A DNA stretch of 64,000 bases from Piromyces finnis finn (taxonomy: Eukaryota > Fungi > Neocallimastigomycota): the NCBI GenBank assembly GCA_002104945.1, contig MCFH01000013.1:62001-126000 (forward strand). Direction: 5' to 3'. The position numbers were made by a program, and so were the translations under genes. Positions 11,500-21,436 of this stretch are shown here, one piece after another (position 1 is the stretch's first letter; each line of letters begins with the position of its first letter). Below the pieces are notes generated by a model, which saw nothing but the letters and a program-made list of their open reading frames with translations, searched no databases and was not told the origin of the DNA.

Positions 11500-12522
11500 T
11501 TAGTTTTTTGAACTAATTTTTTGAGCTTTATAATTGTTGTTATTGTAATTATTATTATATTTTTGGAAGTTATTGTTGTTATTGTTGTTGTTGTTGTATG
11601 ATCTGTGGTGGTTGAAATGTGAATTTCTTTTCTTGTTAGATTTAGAGTTGGAAGACTGGTTAATCTTATTCTTTGTAGAAAGAGAACTTTCGATCAAAAT
11701 ATATCTAGTTATAATGGACTCCATGGTGGTTGGAAATACCTCCATCTTTTCAATTTCTTCCTGATATTTGGGATGTAAACCATTATAAAAGATTAAAGAT
11801 AATGCTTCTTCATTCCATTTAAATTGTTGTGAAAGAGAGCGGAATTCCTCGATATAATCATTTATTTTACCATATTGTTGCTTTAAACGCATTATTTTGA
11901 TTTTAGCTATCTTGTAACTAGCAACATTTGAGAAAGCAATTCTTAGTCCATCCAACAATTCTTGCATGGTAGATGGATAAATATTATCCTTGTACTTGGC
12001 AAGATACCAATTTCTAGCAGCATCACGAAGACGGGATTGTACAAAATTAATTTTTGTTTCTTCTGGTAAAGTTCGATTTGGTAGAGTTTTGAAAGTATCT
12101 TCACATAATTGACAAAACAAATCGGTATCACTAGTCTTACCGGAGAACATACCTGGATCTGGCACTTGAGTGATTGGAGTAGCAAAACGGCCTCTCATGA
12201 TAACATCATGATCCAAATCAAATCTTGTTGAAGTAGATTCATCATCTCTAAAGACAGTAGGTCTTGGAGTAGCTATCCTATCATAATTGGTATGTAACAA
12301 TGGTTGTTCATCTTCATTCTGAGCAGTTTGATTATTATTCATATTGGTTAATACACTCATGATTTCATTTAAACGATTATTCACATCATTGGAAAAATTT
12401 TGAAAATCTTCACGGAAAACCAAATTTTCATTGATACCCTCAATGATATCCTTGGCAGTCTGAGTAGCATCCTCTCTTAGTTGGTTTACCTCGTCTGGGA
12501 AATTAGGAACCGGAGTGAACAT
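11500..12522 (-). CDS. gag: Family B Gag, copy 1
   Basis: 340-aa ORF starting 35 nt after the LTR; capsid-like motifs (PGMFSG, FVQSRLRDAARNWY, INDYIEEFRSL, FYNGL); Asn-rich C-terminus with no CCHC knuckle. Confidence 0.9.
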   Translation of the reverse strand: MFTPVPNFPDEVNQLREDATQTAKDIIEGINENLVFREDFQNFSNDVNNRLNEIMSVLTNMNNNQTAQNEDEQPLLHTNYDRIATPRPTVFRDDESTSTRFDLDHDVIMRGRFATPITQVPDPGMFSGKTSDTDLFCQLCEDTFKTLPNRTLPEETKINFVQSRLRDAARNWYLAKYKDNIYPSTMQELLDGLRIAFSNVASYKIAKIKIMRLKQQYGKINDYIEEFRSLSQQFKWNEEALSLIFYNGLHPKYQEEIEKMEVFPTTMESIITRYILIESSLSTKNKINQSSNSKSNKKRNSHFNHHRSYNNNNNNNNNFQKYNNNYNNNNYKAQKISSKN

Positions 12523-12546
12523 TCTAAAGTAGCCACTAAACAGCGG

Positions 12547-12557
12547 GTAAAGATTAT
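12547..12557 (-). promoter_or_regulatory. Family B primer-binding site ATAATCTTTAC (self-priming type); second copy at 18934-18944
   Basis: Directly abuts the LTR end, lacks the TGG of a tRNA PBS, and is the exact complement of GTAAAGATTAT inside the LTR (12796-12786). Confidence 0.8.
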
Positions 12558-13674
12558 TGTTAAGTTTTTGGGTTTGGTTATGCGGCCAGGTCAGAATGTT
12601 ATTAATTATATAGTAAAAATGTTTTTTAAGAAATTAAATTTAATTATAAACTAACACCTTAAACTCCCAAATGAAAAATGAAAAATTTATATTTACTTTA
12701 AAATAACTTTTTATAAATTTTTTATTTATTTAATAATAATAATATAAATGATATTATAAGTAACTATATAATTAAGATTATAACTATAATCTTTACAAAG
12801 AATTAAAATCGAATTCAATTCATTCTCTTTTATATTCTTTGTTCAGATTATTAAATTGATATTAATAAGAATAAAGTATTACATGTAATATATTAGTAAT
12901 ATAATTAAATAAGTAATAAGATTGTTTGTTTGTTTGTTTGTTTGTCATGACATAAAATAAAATAAACATATGATTAATCATTTAAACAGTTGATCCTAAT
13001 TAGTAATTATAAAAACTATTCAATTAATAATTCATCATTATTAATTGATATTACCATAACATATTTGTTATAATTAAATAATTATTATTTTCAAAATTAT
13101 TTCTAATAAAACTTGCCGTTAACCTATTTTATAATAATTAAGATTATTTAATTTATAGGTGTTAACTGTTACACCTAAATGGGTCTAGTTCTATTTTTAG
13201 TAACAATCGTTATCATTAATTAAATTAATATAACTAAAATTCCTATTGATATATTTTTAATTTCATCAAGTCATAAGAATTATTTATGATCCATACTTGA
13301 TATCATATTGATTTTAATTTACCTAATAAAATCTTTAAATGATCATAACTTCCTTAAATGATCAGTTAGAAGGACCGCGATTGTACCAAATTGTAGCTTT
13401 CTTCCTAAGCTTTCCAATAAACCTAGTTCCATCACCGTAGCGATCGTTTTTGGAGAGTTACACCTTATTTCGTACTTGCTTATTTTTGGTTAAGGGTTAT
13501 AGTGTATTGATATTAAATTTTTGAAATCATAACCCTTTCACTGAATCAAAATTTAAAAGGTGACTTTTAAAAGTGTTTTAAAATAATTATTGAAATTATT
13601 TAATTATAATTATTATGTTTAATTAATTATAGATATTATCTGAATTTGTTTTAAATCCAGTTAATATCTTCACA
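12558..13674 (-). repeat. Family B LTR copy 3, shared between the two tandem units (1117 bp)
   Basis: PBS and gag of copy 1 lie on its left; PPT and pol end of copy 2 lie on its right. Confidence 0.95.
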
Positions 13675-14074
13675 ACGCCCTCCCTAGGAATTCGTATTCC
13701 AGACGAATTCTATGAACTGGAGCGAAAAGTAAAAATTTTTGATTTTAAAAAATTTTTTCGAGAGGAAGTAATAATTTCAAAAGGTCACTTGGCCATTGTG
13801 AGATTTTTGAAATTTCACTTTTTGAAAAATTTTCTTGTAGATAAAATTTTAATAATAAAATTGATACTGCAGATTTTGAATATGAAAATAAAAATAAAAA
13901 ATAATAAAGTTTTAATATGATAATTGAAAAATATTTGGTGTAAAAATTTTGAAATGTTGAAATTTCAAAATTTTGTGATGAGTTAAATTTCGAAATTTAG
14001 TTGTTATAAAAATATTTTGTAAATGGTGTAAAAGTTATTTTTAGAGAATTATTGACTTATTAATATTATTTTAA

Positions 14075-17000
14075 TTAATTATATGCTATAGAAGCATAAT
14101 GTCGTCCACTTTTTAAATATTTTTGATAAATGTATTGATTACGTGGATTGTCTTCTACTTCACTTGCTGGTACCCAATTATAAGCGGAACGGTATTTGTA
14201 TCGAATTTTATATTCATATCGTTGTTGTTTATAATTTGTACGGAATCCAGATATTTCCACTATATCTTTTATTGATTCTGGATCCGCAGTTCTATTTAAA
14301 AATTCTTTTGGAGTTGATCTATAAGGTTCCAACTCAGATACATGAAATATTGGATAGTGTTTGGGAAAAGGTGATTTTTTGATATCGATTTCATAATTGT
14401 TATTTCTCAAAACTTGAGTTATTTTATATGGACCATATTTACAAGGAGCTAATTTGGAACTATTTTCAATATTTAAAGAAGGTGGGGCTTGAATCCAAAC
14501 TAAATCATCAATTTTAAATTTTGGAGCTTCTAAACGACTTTTATCCACTCTTCTTTTATACAACTCTTTGGAGCGTAGTAACACTTCTTTTATGTGGTTG
14601 AATGCATCATTAACGTTTTGAACTAGTTTATGATTAATATTACATTGTGGTAATAGGGTCATTTCATCCATCGGAGGGTGGAAACCATAATTAATGAAGA
14701 ATGGTGTTTCTTTGGTTGATTCATTAACAGCGTTGTTATAGGCGAATTCTGCAAGTGGAAGCCAATCAACCCAGTCGTCATGATAGAAAGACTTGGAATA
14801 ACATCTAAGATACTGTTCAATAAAAGAATTTGACCTCTCGACCTGTCCAACAGTTTCATGGTGGTCAGTAGTAGCTATTCTTGGATGAATATATAATAAA
14901 TCCAAAAATTCGAGCCAAACATCACTTGTAAATTGTGAGCCTCTATCAGTATATAGGTCATAAGGGAGACCATGTAAACGATATACATTGTTCAAAAAAG
15001 CTTTTGCAGTTTGTGCTGCGTTTGGAACTTGTTTAAACGGCACTAAGTGAATCATTTTAGAAAAGCGGTCAACCACTACCATAATTACGGTGTACCCTTT
15101 AGACTCAGGAAGGCCACAAAGAAAGTCAATTTCTATAGATTTCCATGGACGTTCTGGAGTATCTAAAGGTTGTAATTTTCCATATTTCCGATGTCTAGTT
15201 ACTTTATTTCTTGTGCATGTTTCACAAGAATTAACAAATTTAGTGACATCATCCTTAATTTTAGGCCACCAAAAATTTCGAGTTATCAATTCTAAAGTCC
15301 TTTTTATACCAAGATGTCCAGCAGAGGGTTGTTCATGATATTTCATAAGAACATCTAAACGTAGTTTCTCAGGGATATAAACTAAGTTATTATATAAAAT
15401 AAGATTATTTTTTAATTCAAACTTGTTCATTTTCCTAAATGGTCTATAAGCCTTTTGGTCATTATGTGGGCTGAAATATAGCATAATATCCTTAGCAGTT
15501 TCGTCGTCCTTTAAGTATTGAATAACTTGTTCCAAGAAGTTACTCATAATACCAATGAAACTTGGTATTAGTTTTACATTTTTTGAGTCTAAAATATATT
15601 CTGGCTTTTCTTCATAAGTCCTATCCATGTAGTCAGGTCTGCGAGATAGACTATCAGGTTTACCATTCTTACGACCTTGTCTGTATATAAGTTCAAAGTC
15701 GTATTCTTGAAAGAAAAGGTGCCAACGATGTTGTCTTTGATTACCTACCTTTCCTCCAAGAGTATAAAGTAAATTTCTATGATCAGTGTAAACTTTTATT
15801 TTATATTTAGCACCAAGAAGAAGGTGCCTCCAAGTAGAGAAAGAATCCTTAATGGCTAATAGTTCTTTATCTGTTATAGAATAATTAACTTCAGAACTAC
15901 TTAGACTTCTGGAGTAGTAAGCAACAGGATGTAGACGATTTTCTGAATCATATTGAGAAAGTATAGAACCGATAGCAACATTACTTGCATCACATTCTAA
16001 AATATATTGTTTTTGAGAATCAGGATGTGATAAAATAGGTGCTGAAGTTAAACGCGTTTTTAAAATGTTAAATGAGGATTCACATTCTGTGGACCATTTG
16101 AACTTTGCATTCTTTTTTGTTAGGTTGTGGAGGGGTTTAGCCAAGTCTGCAAAATTCATTACAAAGCGTCTATAGTAGTTACAAAGACCTAAAAATCTTT
16201 GTACATCCTTAACTGTAGTAGGAATAGGCCAATTTTTGATTGACTCTATCTTTTTTGGGTCGGTAGCAATTCCTGAACCTGAAATAACATATCCTAAGAA
16301 TTCAACTTGTGGTTTGTCAAATTCACATTTAGGAAGTTTAGCATATAAATTATTTTCTAATAGTTTAGAAAGAACTTCACGTACATGTTGGTGGTGTTCT
16401 TCTAAGGTTTTTGAAAATATAAGAATATCATCCAAATAGAGAATAACAGATTTTTCCAAGAAAGGTCTGAGAACAGAATTTATAAATGCCTGAAAAGTAG
16501 CAGGAGCGTTACGTAAACCAAATGGCATCACTAAATATTCATAGTGACCAAACTTTGTGCGAAAAGCAGTTTTATATTCATCACCATTTCTTATTCTAAC
16601 TAAATTATAAGCAGAGCGTAAGTCGAGCTTGGTGAAATACTTTGCACCTTTGACACGTTCTATAATGTCGGTAATAAGTGGTATTGGGTAGGAGTTACGT
16701 ATCGTTACAGAATTGAGTTTTTTATAATCAATACAAACTCTAAGAGTACCATCTTTCTTTTTCTGAAATACCACTGGATATCCTGCAGGTGATTCGGATG
16801 GTCTAATAAAGCCTTTTTCTAAATTTTCCTTGATATACTCTTCTAAAACTTTTGATTCTTCTTCTGATAAGGGATAGATGGGACCATAGTGAAGAGTAGC
16901 ATCTTTTTCTAGTACTATTTTACAATCTGTAATTCTATGTGGTGGTAGTTTATCAGCTTCTTGTTTGCTGAAAACTTTTGCCAAATCTCGATAGGGTTTT

Positions 17001-17872
17001 GGAATATCTTCAATAGTATGTTCTTCTAAATTGCTTACTTCTTCTGGTTTTTCGGACAAAAAAGTATGAATTAAATAATTATAATTATATCTATCATAAT
17101 TATTTTTATTTAATATAACTTTTCTAAAAAATTTGGAACGTTTAGGGTTAAATTTGTGGAATCGACCATTTTTCTTCTTACTAAAGGTTTTAGATCTGAA
17201 ATAAAAATTATGAATTTTATTTTTTAAATTATAAAAATTGGTGGAATAATTTTTATTTTTATTTTTTGTGTTATTTACACCTGTAGAAGTGGTAGGTGTA
17301 ACATTTATGTCATTTCTATTATAAGAAATGAATTGTTCTAATTTTAAAAATTTAGTAGCATGCTTCATATTGAATTTCTTTCTGTTAAAATCATATTTTA
17401 AATTTGAATATAAATAATTTTTATTATAATTATAATGAATTTCATATTTGGACATGAATATATTTCCAAATAATAAATCTGTCGGAATATAATCCGCTAG
17501 TAAAAATTTTTCTTTGAAATTGATGAAATGGAATTTATTGTTGATAAATAGTTTTAACTGAAAGTTTAGATTGATATATTCATCAAGTTCAATTGAAGTA
17601 CCACTGATACCTTGTACAGTGATAACATTATTAATTTTATGAGGATGTAATTGTAATGTACGTAATAGTTTGTACGACATAAAATTACAATAAGATCCAC
17701 TATCTAATAGTGATGTACATGCAATTTTATTATGTACATTATTTGTACCTCCATTATTGGATAATACATATGTATTAAAAGTAAAAAATGTTGAAGGTAA
17801 TGTATTATCTTTGTTGATAGTGGGAAAAGTGTAGTTTAATATTTTTGTATTCGAGTGGTGATGGGACTTCAA
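14075..17872 (-). CDS. pol: Family B Pol, copy 2
   Basis: 1265 aa; differs from copy 1 at three residues I could see (FFQEY/FFHEY, KPDSL/KPDCL, KLRLD/KLCLD). Confidence 0.95.
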   Translation of the reverse strand: MKSHHHSNTKILNYTFPTINKDNTLPSTFFTFNTYVLSNNGGTNNVHNKIACTSLLDSGSYCNFMSYKLLRTLQLHPHKINNVITVQGISGTSIELDEYINLNFQLKLFINNKFHFINFKEKFLLADYIPTDLLFGNIFMSKYEIHYNYNKNYLYSNLKYDFNRKKFNMKHATKFLKLEQFISYNRNDINVTPTTSTGVNNTKNKNKNYSTNFYNLKNKIHNFYFRSKTFSKKKNGRFHKFNPKRSKFFRKVILNKNNYDRYNYNYLIHTFLSEKPEEVSNLEEHTIEDIPKPYRDLAKVFSKQEADKLPPHRITDCKIVLEKDATLHYGPIYPLSEEESKVLEEYIKENLEKGFIRPSESPAGYPVVFQKKKDGTLRVCIDYKKLNSVTIRNSYPIPLITDIIERVKGAKYFTKLDLRSAYNLVRIRNGDEYKTAFRTKFGHYEYLVMPFGLRNAPATFQAFINSVLRPFLEKSVILYLDDILIFSKTLEEHHQHVREVLSKLLENNLYAKLPKCEFDKPQVEFLGYVISGSGIATDPKKIESIKNWPIPTTVKDVQRFLGLCNYYRRFVMNFADLAKPLHNLTKKNAKFKWSTECESSFNILKTRLTSAPILSHPDSQKQYILECDASNVAIGSILSQYDSENRLHPVAYYSRSLSSSEVNYSITDKELLAIKDSFSTWRHLLLGAKYKIKVYTDHRNLLYTLGGKVGNQRQHRWHLFFQEYDFELIYRQGRKNGKPDSLSRRPDYMDRTYEEKPEYILDSKNVKLIPSFIGIMSNFLEQVIQYLKDDETAKDIMLYFSPHNDQKAYRPFRKMNKFELKNNLILYNNLVYIPEKLRLDVLMKYHEQPSAGHLGIKRTLELITRNFWWPKIKDDVTKFVNSCETCTRNKVTRHRKYGKLQPLDTPERPWKSIEIDFLCGLPESKGYTVIMVVVDRFSKMIHLVPFKQVPNAAQTAKAFLNNVYRLHGLPYDLYTDRGSQFTSDVWLEFLDLLYIHPRIATTDHHETVGQVERSNSFIEQYLRCYSKSFYHDDWVDWLPLAEFAYNNAVNESTKETPFFINYGFHPPMDEMTLLPQCNINHKLVQNVNDAFNHIKEVLLRSKELYKRRVDKSRLEAPKFKIDDLVWIQAPPSLNIENSSKLAPCKYGPYKITQVLRNNNYEIDIKKSPFPKHYPIFHVSELEPYRSTPKEFLNRTADPESIKDIVEISGFRTNYKQQRYEYKIRYKYRSAYNWVPASEVEDNPRNQYIYQKYLKSGRHYASIAYN

Positions 17873-17886
17873 TGGAAGTCCTTTAT

Positions 17887-18909
17887 TTAGTTTTTTGAAC
17901 TAATTTTTTGAGCTTTATAATTGTTGTTATTGTAATTATTATTATATTTTTGGAAGTTATTGTTGTTATTGTTGTTGTTGTTGTATGATCTGTGGTGGTT
18001 GAAATGTGAATTTCTTTTCTTGTTAGATTTAGAGTTGGAAGACTGGTTAATCTTATTCTTTGTAGAAAGAGAACTTTCGATCAAAATATATCTAGTTATA
18101 ATGGACTCCATGGTGGTTGGAAATACCTCCATCTTTTCAATTTCTTCCTGATATTTGGGATGTAAACCATTATAAAAGATTAAAGATAATGCTTCTTCAT
18201 TCCATTTAAATTGTTGTGAAAGAGAGCGGAATTCCTCGATATAATCATTTATTTTACCATATTGTTGCTTTAAACGCATTATTTTGATTTTAGCTATCTT
18301 GTAACTAGCAACATTTGAGAAAGCAATTCTTAGTCCATCCAACAATTCTTGCATGGTAGATGGATAAATATTATCCTTGTACTTGGCAAGATACCAATTT
18401 CTAGCAGCATCACGAAGACGGGATTGTACAAAATTAATTTTTGTTTCTTCTGGTAAAGTTCGATTTGGTAGAGTTTTGAAAGTATCTTCACATAATTGAC
18501 AAAACAAATCGGTATCACTAGTCTTACCGGAGAACATACCTGGATCTGGCACTTGAGTGATTGGAGTAGCAAAACGGCCTCTCATGATAACATCATGATC
18601 CAAATCAAATCTTGTTGAAGTAGATTCATCATCTCTAAAGACAGTAGGTCTTGGAGTAGCTATCCTATCATAATTGGTATGTAACAATGGTTGTTCATCT
18701 TCATTCTGAGCAGTTTGATTATTATTCATATTGGTTAATACACTCATGATTTCATTTAAACGATTATTCACATCATTGGAAAAATTTTGAAAATCTTCAC
18801 GGAAAACCAAATTTTCATTGATACCCTCAATGATATCCTTGGCAGTCTGAGTAGCATCCTCTCTTAGTTGGTTTACCTCGTCTGGGAAATTAGGAACCGG
18901 AGTGAACAT
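17887..18909 (-). CDS. gag: Family B Gag, copy 2
   Basis: 340-aa translation matches copy 1. Confidence 0.9.
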   Translation of the reverse strand: MFTPVPNFPDEVNQLREDATQTAKDIIEGINENLVFREDFQNFSNDVNNRLNEIMSVLTNMNNNQTAQNEDEQPLLHTNYDRIATPRPTVFRDDESTSTRFDLDHDVIMRGRFATPITQVPDPGMFSGKTSDTDLFCQLCEDTFKTLPNRTLPEETKINFVQSRLRDAARNWYLAKYKDNIYPSTMQELLDGLRIAFSNVASYKIAKIKIMRLKQQYGKINDYIEEFRSLSQQFKWNEEALSLIFYNGLHPKYQEEIEKMEVFPTTMESIITRYILIESSLSTKNKINQSSNSKSNKKRNSHFNHHRSYNNNNNNNNNFQKYNNNYNNNNYKAQKISSKN

Positions 18910-18944
18910 TCTAAAGTAGCCACTAAACAGCGGGTAAAGATTAT

Positions 18945-20061
18945 TGTTAAGTTTTTGGGTTTGGTTATGCGGCCAGGTCAGAATGTTATTAATTATATAG
19001 TAAAAATGTTTTTTAAGAAATTAAATTTAATTATAAACTAACACCTTAAACTCCCAAATGAAAAATGAAAAATTTATATTTACTTTAAAATAACTTTTTA
19101 TAAATTTTTTATTTATTTAATAATAATAATATAAATGATATTATAAGTAACTATATAATTAAGATTATAACTATAATCTTTACAAAGAATTAAAATCGAA
19201 TTCAATTCATTCTCTTTTATATTCTTTGTTCAGATTATTAAATTGATATTAATAAGAATAAAGTATTACATGTAATATATTAGTAATATAATTAAATAAG
19301 TAATAAGATTGTTTGTTTGTTTGTTTGTTTGTCATGACATAAAATAAAATAAACATATGATTAATCATTTAAACAGTTGATCCTAATTAGTAATTATAAA
19401 AACTATTCAATTAATAATTCATCATTATTAATTGATATTACCATAACATATTTGTTATAATTAAATAATTATTATTTTCAAAATTATTTCTAATAAAACT
19501 TGCCGTTAACCTATTTTATAATAATTAAGATTATTTAATTTATAGGTGTTAACTGTTACACCTAAATGGGTCTAGTTCTATTTTTAGTAACAATCGTTAT
19601 CATTAATTAAATTAATATAACTAAAATTCCTATTGATATATTTTTAATTTCATCAAGTCATAAGAATTATTTATGATCCATACTTGATATCATATTGATT
19701 TTAATTTACCTAATAAAATCTTTAAATGATCATAACTTCCTTAAATGATCAGTTAGAAGGACCGCGATTGTACCAAATTGTAGCTTTCTTCCTAAGCTTT
19801 CCAATAAACCTAGTTCCATCACCGTAGCGATCGTTTTTGGAGAGTTACACCTTATTTCGTACTTGCTTATTTTTGGTTAAGGGTTATAGTGTATTGATAT
19901 TAAATTTTTGAAATCATAACCCTTTCACTGAATCAAAATTTAAAAGGTGACTTTTAAAAGTGTTTTAAAATAATTATTGAAATTATTTAATTATAATTAT
20001 TATGTTTAATTAATTATAGATATTATCTGAATTTGTTTTAAATCCAGTTAATATCTTCACA
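18945..20061 (-). repeat. Family B LTR copy 4 (5' LTR of copy 2)
   Basis: TG...CA termini; appears identical to LTR copy 3; PBS at 18934-18944. Confidence 0.95.
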
Positions 20062-20106
20062 AAAGCTTTTAAAATTTCAAATAAATTCGAGCTATTACTA
20101 TCTTTT

Positions 20107-20545
20107 TGTAACGAATACTAGAAATAACTAAATTGTCTTAGTGGTTAGTAGCTAAGACTTTGAGTCTGAATGACACTAGTTTGAGACCTCATAGATACTA
20201 TTTTAAAAAAATTATAATTTTATTTTATTTTATTTTATTTTTAAATTTTATTTTATATGAAGATTATTGATTGGTTAAGAATTTTAAGTTGAAAAAATTT
20301 TATAAATTAATTTAAAAAATTTTTAGTATAAATACGAGTGAATTTTCCCAAATATTTTAAAGAATCGAGATTTTATTAATAAATAATTATATTATTAAAC
20401 ACTAACTTATTAAGTTAAATTCTATGTGTTTTTAATGATATTTTTATAAATTAATAATTTACAGATTATTTTAAAGTGTTAATATTACTAAGTTATTTAG
20501 TAAATATTATAATTTGTTTTATTGTTAAAGACACATTTCTTTACA
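20107..20545 (+). repeat. Family C 5' LTR (439 bp)
   Basis: Matches 26905-27343 except for one substitution I could see (ACTAGTTTGAG vs ACTAGTTCGAG). Confidence 0.97.
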
Positions 20546-21436
20546 ATAAAATCTCCTTATAATATAAAAGCTTAATACCTTAGTGTTTAAGAAATTGTTA
20601 TAGATAAAACTTTTAAGTTTTATTGTTGAAGCTTTTCTTTAAAGAAATATTTTTACTTAAAGTAGTAGAATTAGTACGCTTTAGAAGCGGTATATAATTC
20701 AAACTATAAAAAGTAAAAGATTAACGGGATCGAGTTTAACCTGTACAATAATTGGGTTGGCAGGCTCTGAGCTATTCTACTTTGAATAAGGAAGTAGGAG
20801 AATCCGAGGTACACCACGTACAAGACGCTGTAATAAGCAAGCTGGCGTGAGATTTATAGTTGTATACTATCTTTTGCTGTTTGATTATAGACCGGAAAAT
20901 AGCCGGAAATGCCTTACTTTAATAAAATAATATTTCTTAATTAATACATTTTAAAATTAAGTTTTCTAATAAAACAATTTCTAATTTTTAATTATAATTA
21001 TTAATTGTTAAGACAATTTATTAAAATTGTAATAATATAAAATAATATTCTTTATAACTCCTTTAGCGTGAGAAGTTAAACTCTTATACATAATACTTCT
21101 ACGTTCGGATAAGGTTGATATAGGGAAAGAAAACCTGTAATAATTTTTATTGCTAACAATAAGTTAGACACTAAAAAAAATTTTTACACCGTTCCTTTCT
21201 TTTATTAATTTAATTAATATTAACAATCGACTTTATACGTGTTATCGTGAAGAGCTACGAAGGACTTATTATAAAGAATAAAACAGGTTATATATTTGAT
21301 GGTTTAACACTATATAATCTGGTTTGTATTATTATTTAATAAAAAGATTTACTCAATTAATAAATATAATTAAATACTTTATTCTATTATTTTTACAAAT
21401 TTATTAAAGCTTATTAAAGAAAACATCATAAGTACT

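Larger units (their letters stand above)
6160..13674 (-). mobile_element. Ty3/Gypsy chromovirus family B, copy 1
   Basis: LTR (12558-13674), PBS, gag, pol, PPT, LTR (6160-7287); both ORFs intact. Confidence 0.95.
12558..20061 (-). mobile_element. Ty3/Gypsy chromovirus family B, copy 2 (tandem, period 6387 bp)
   Basis: All features of copy 1 recur at +6387. Confidence 0.95.

Noticed and set aside
6160-20061. Pure assembly duplication of element B
   Set aside because: The units differ at several substitutions and LTR2 differs from LTR3/4. It is kept as a real tandem pending read support.
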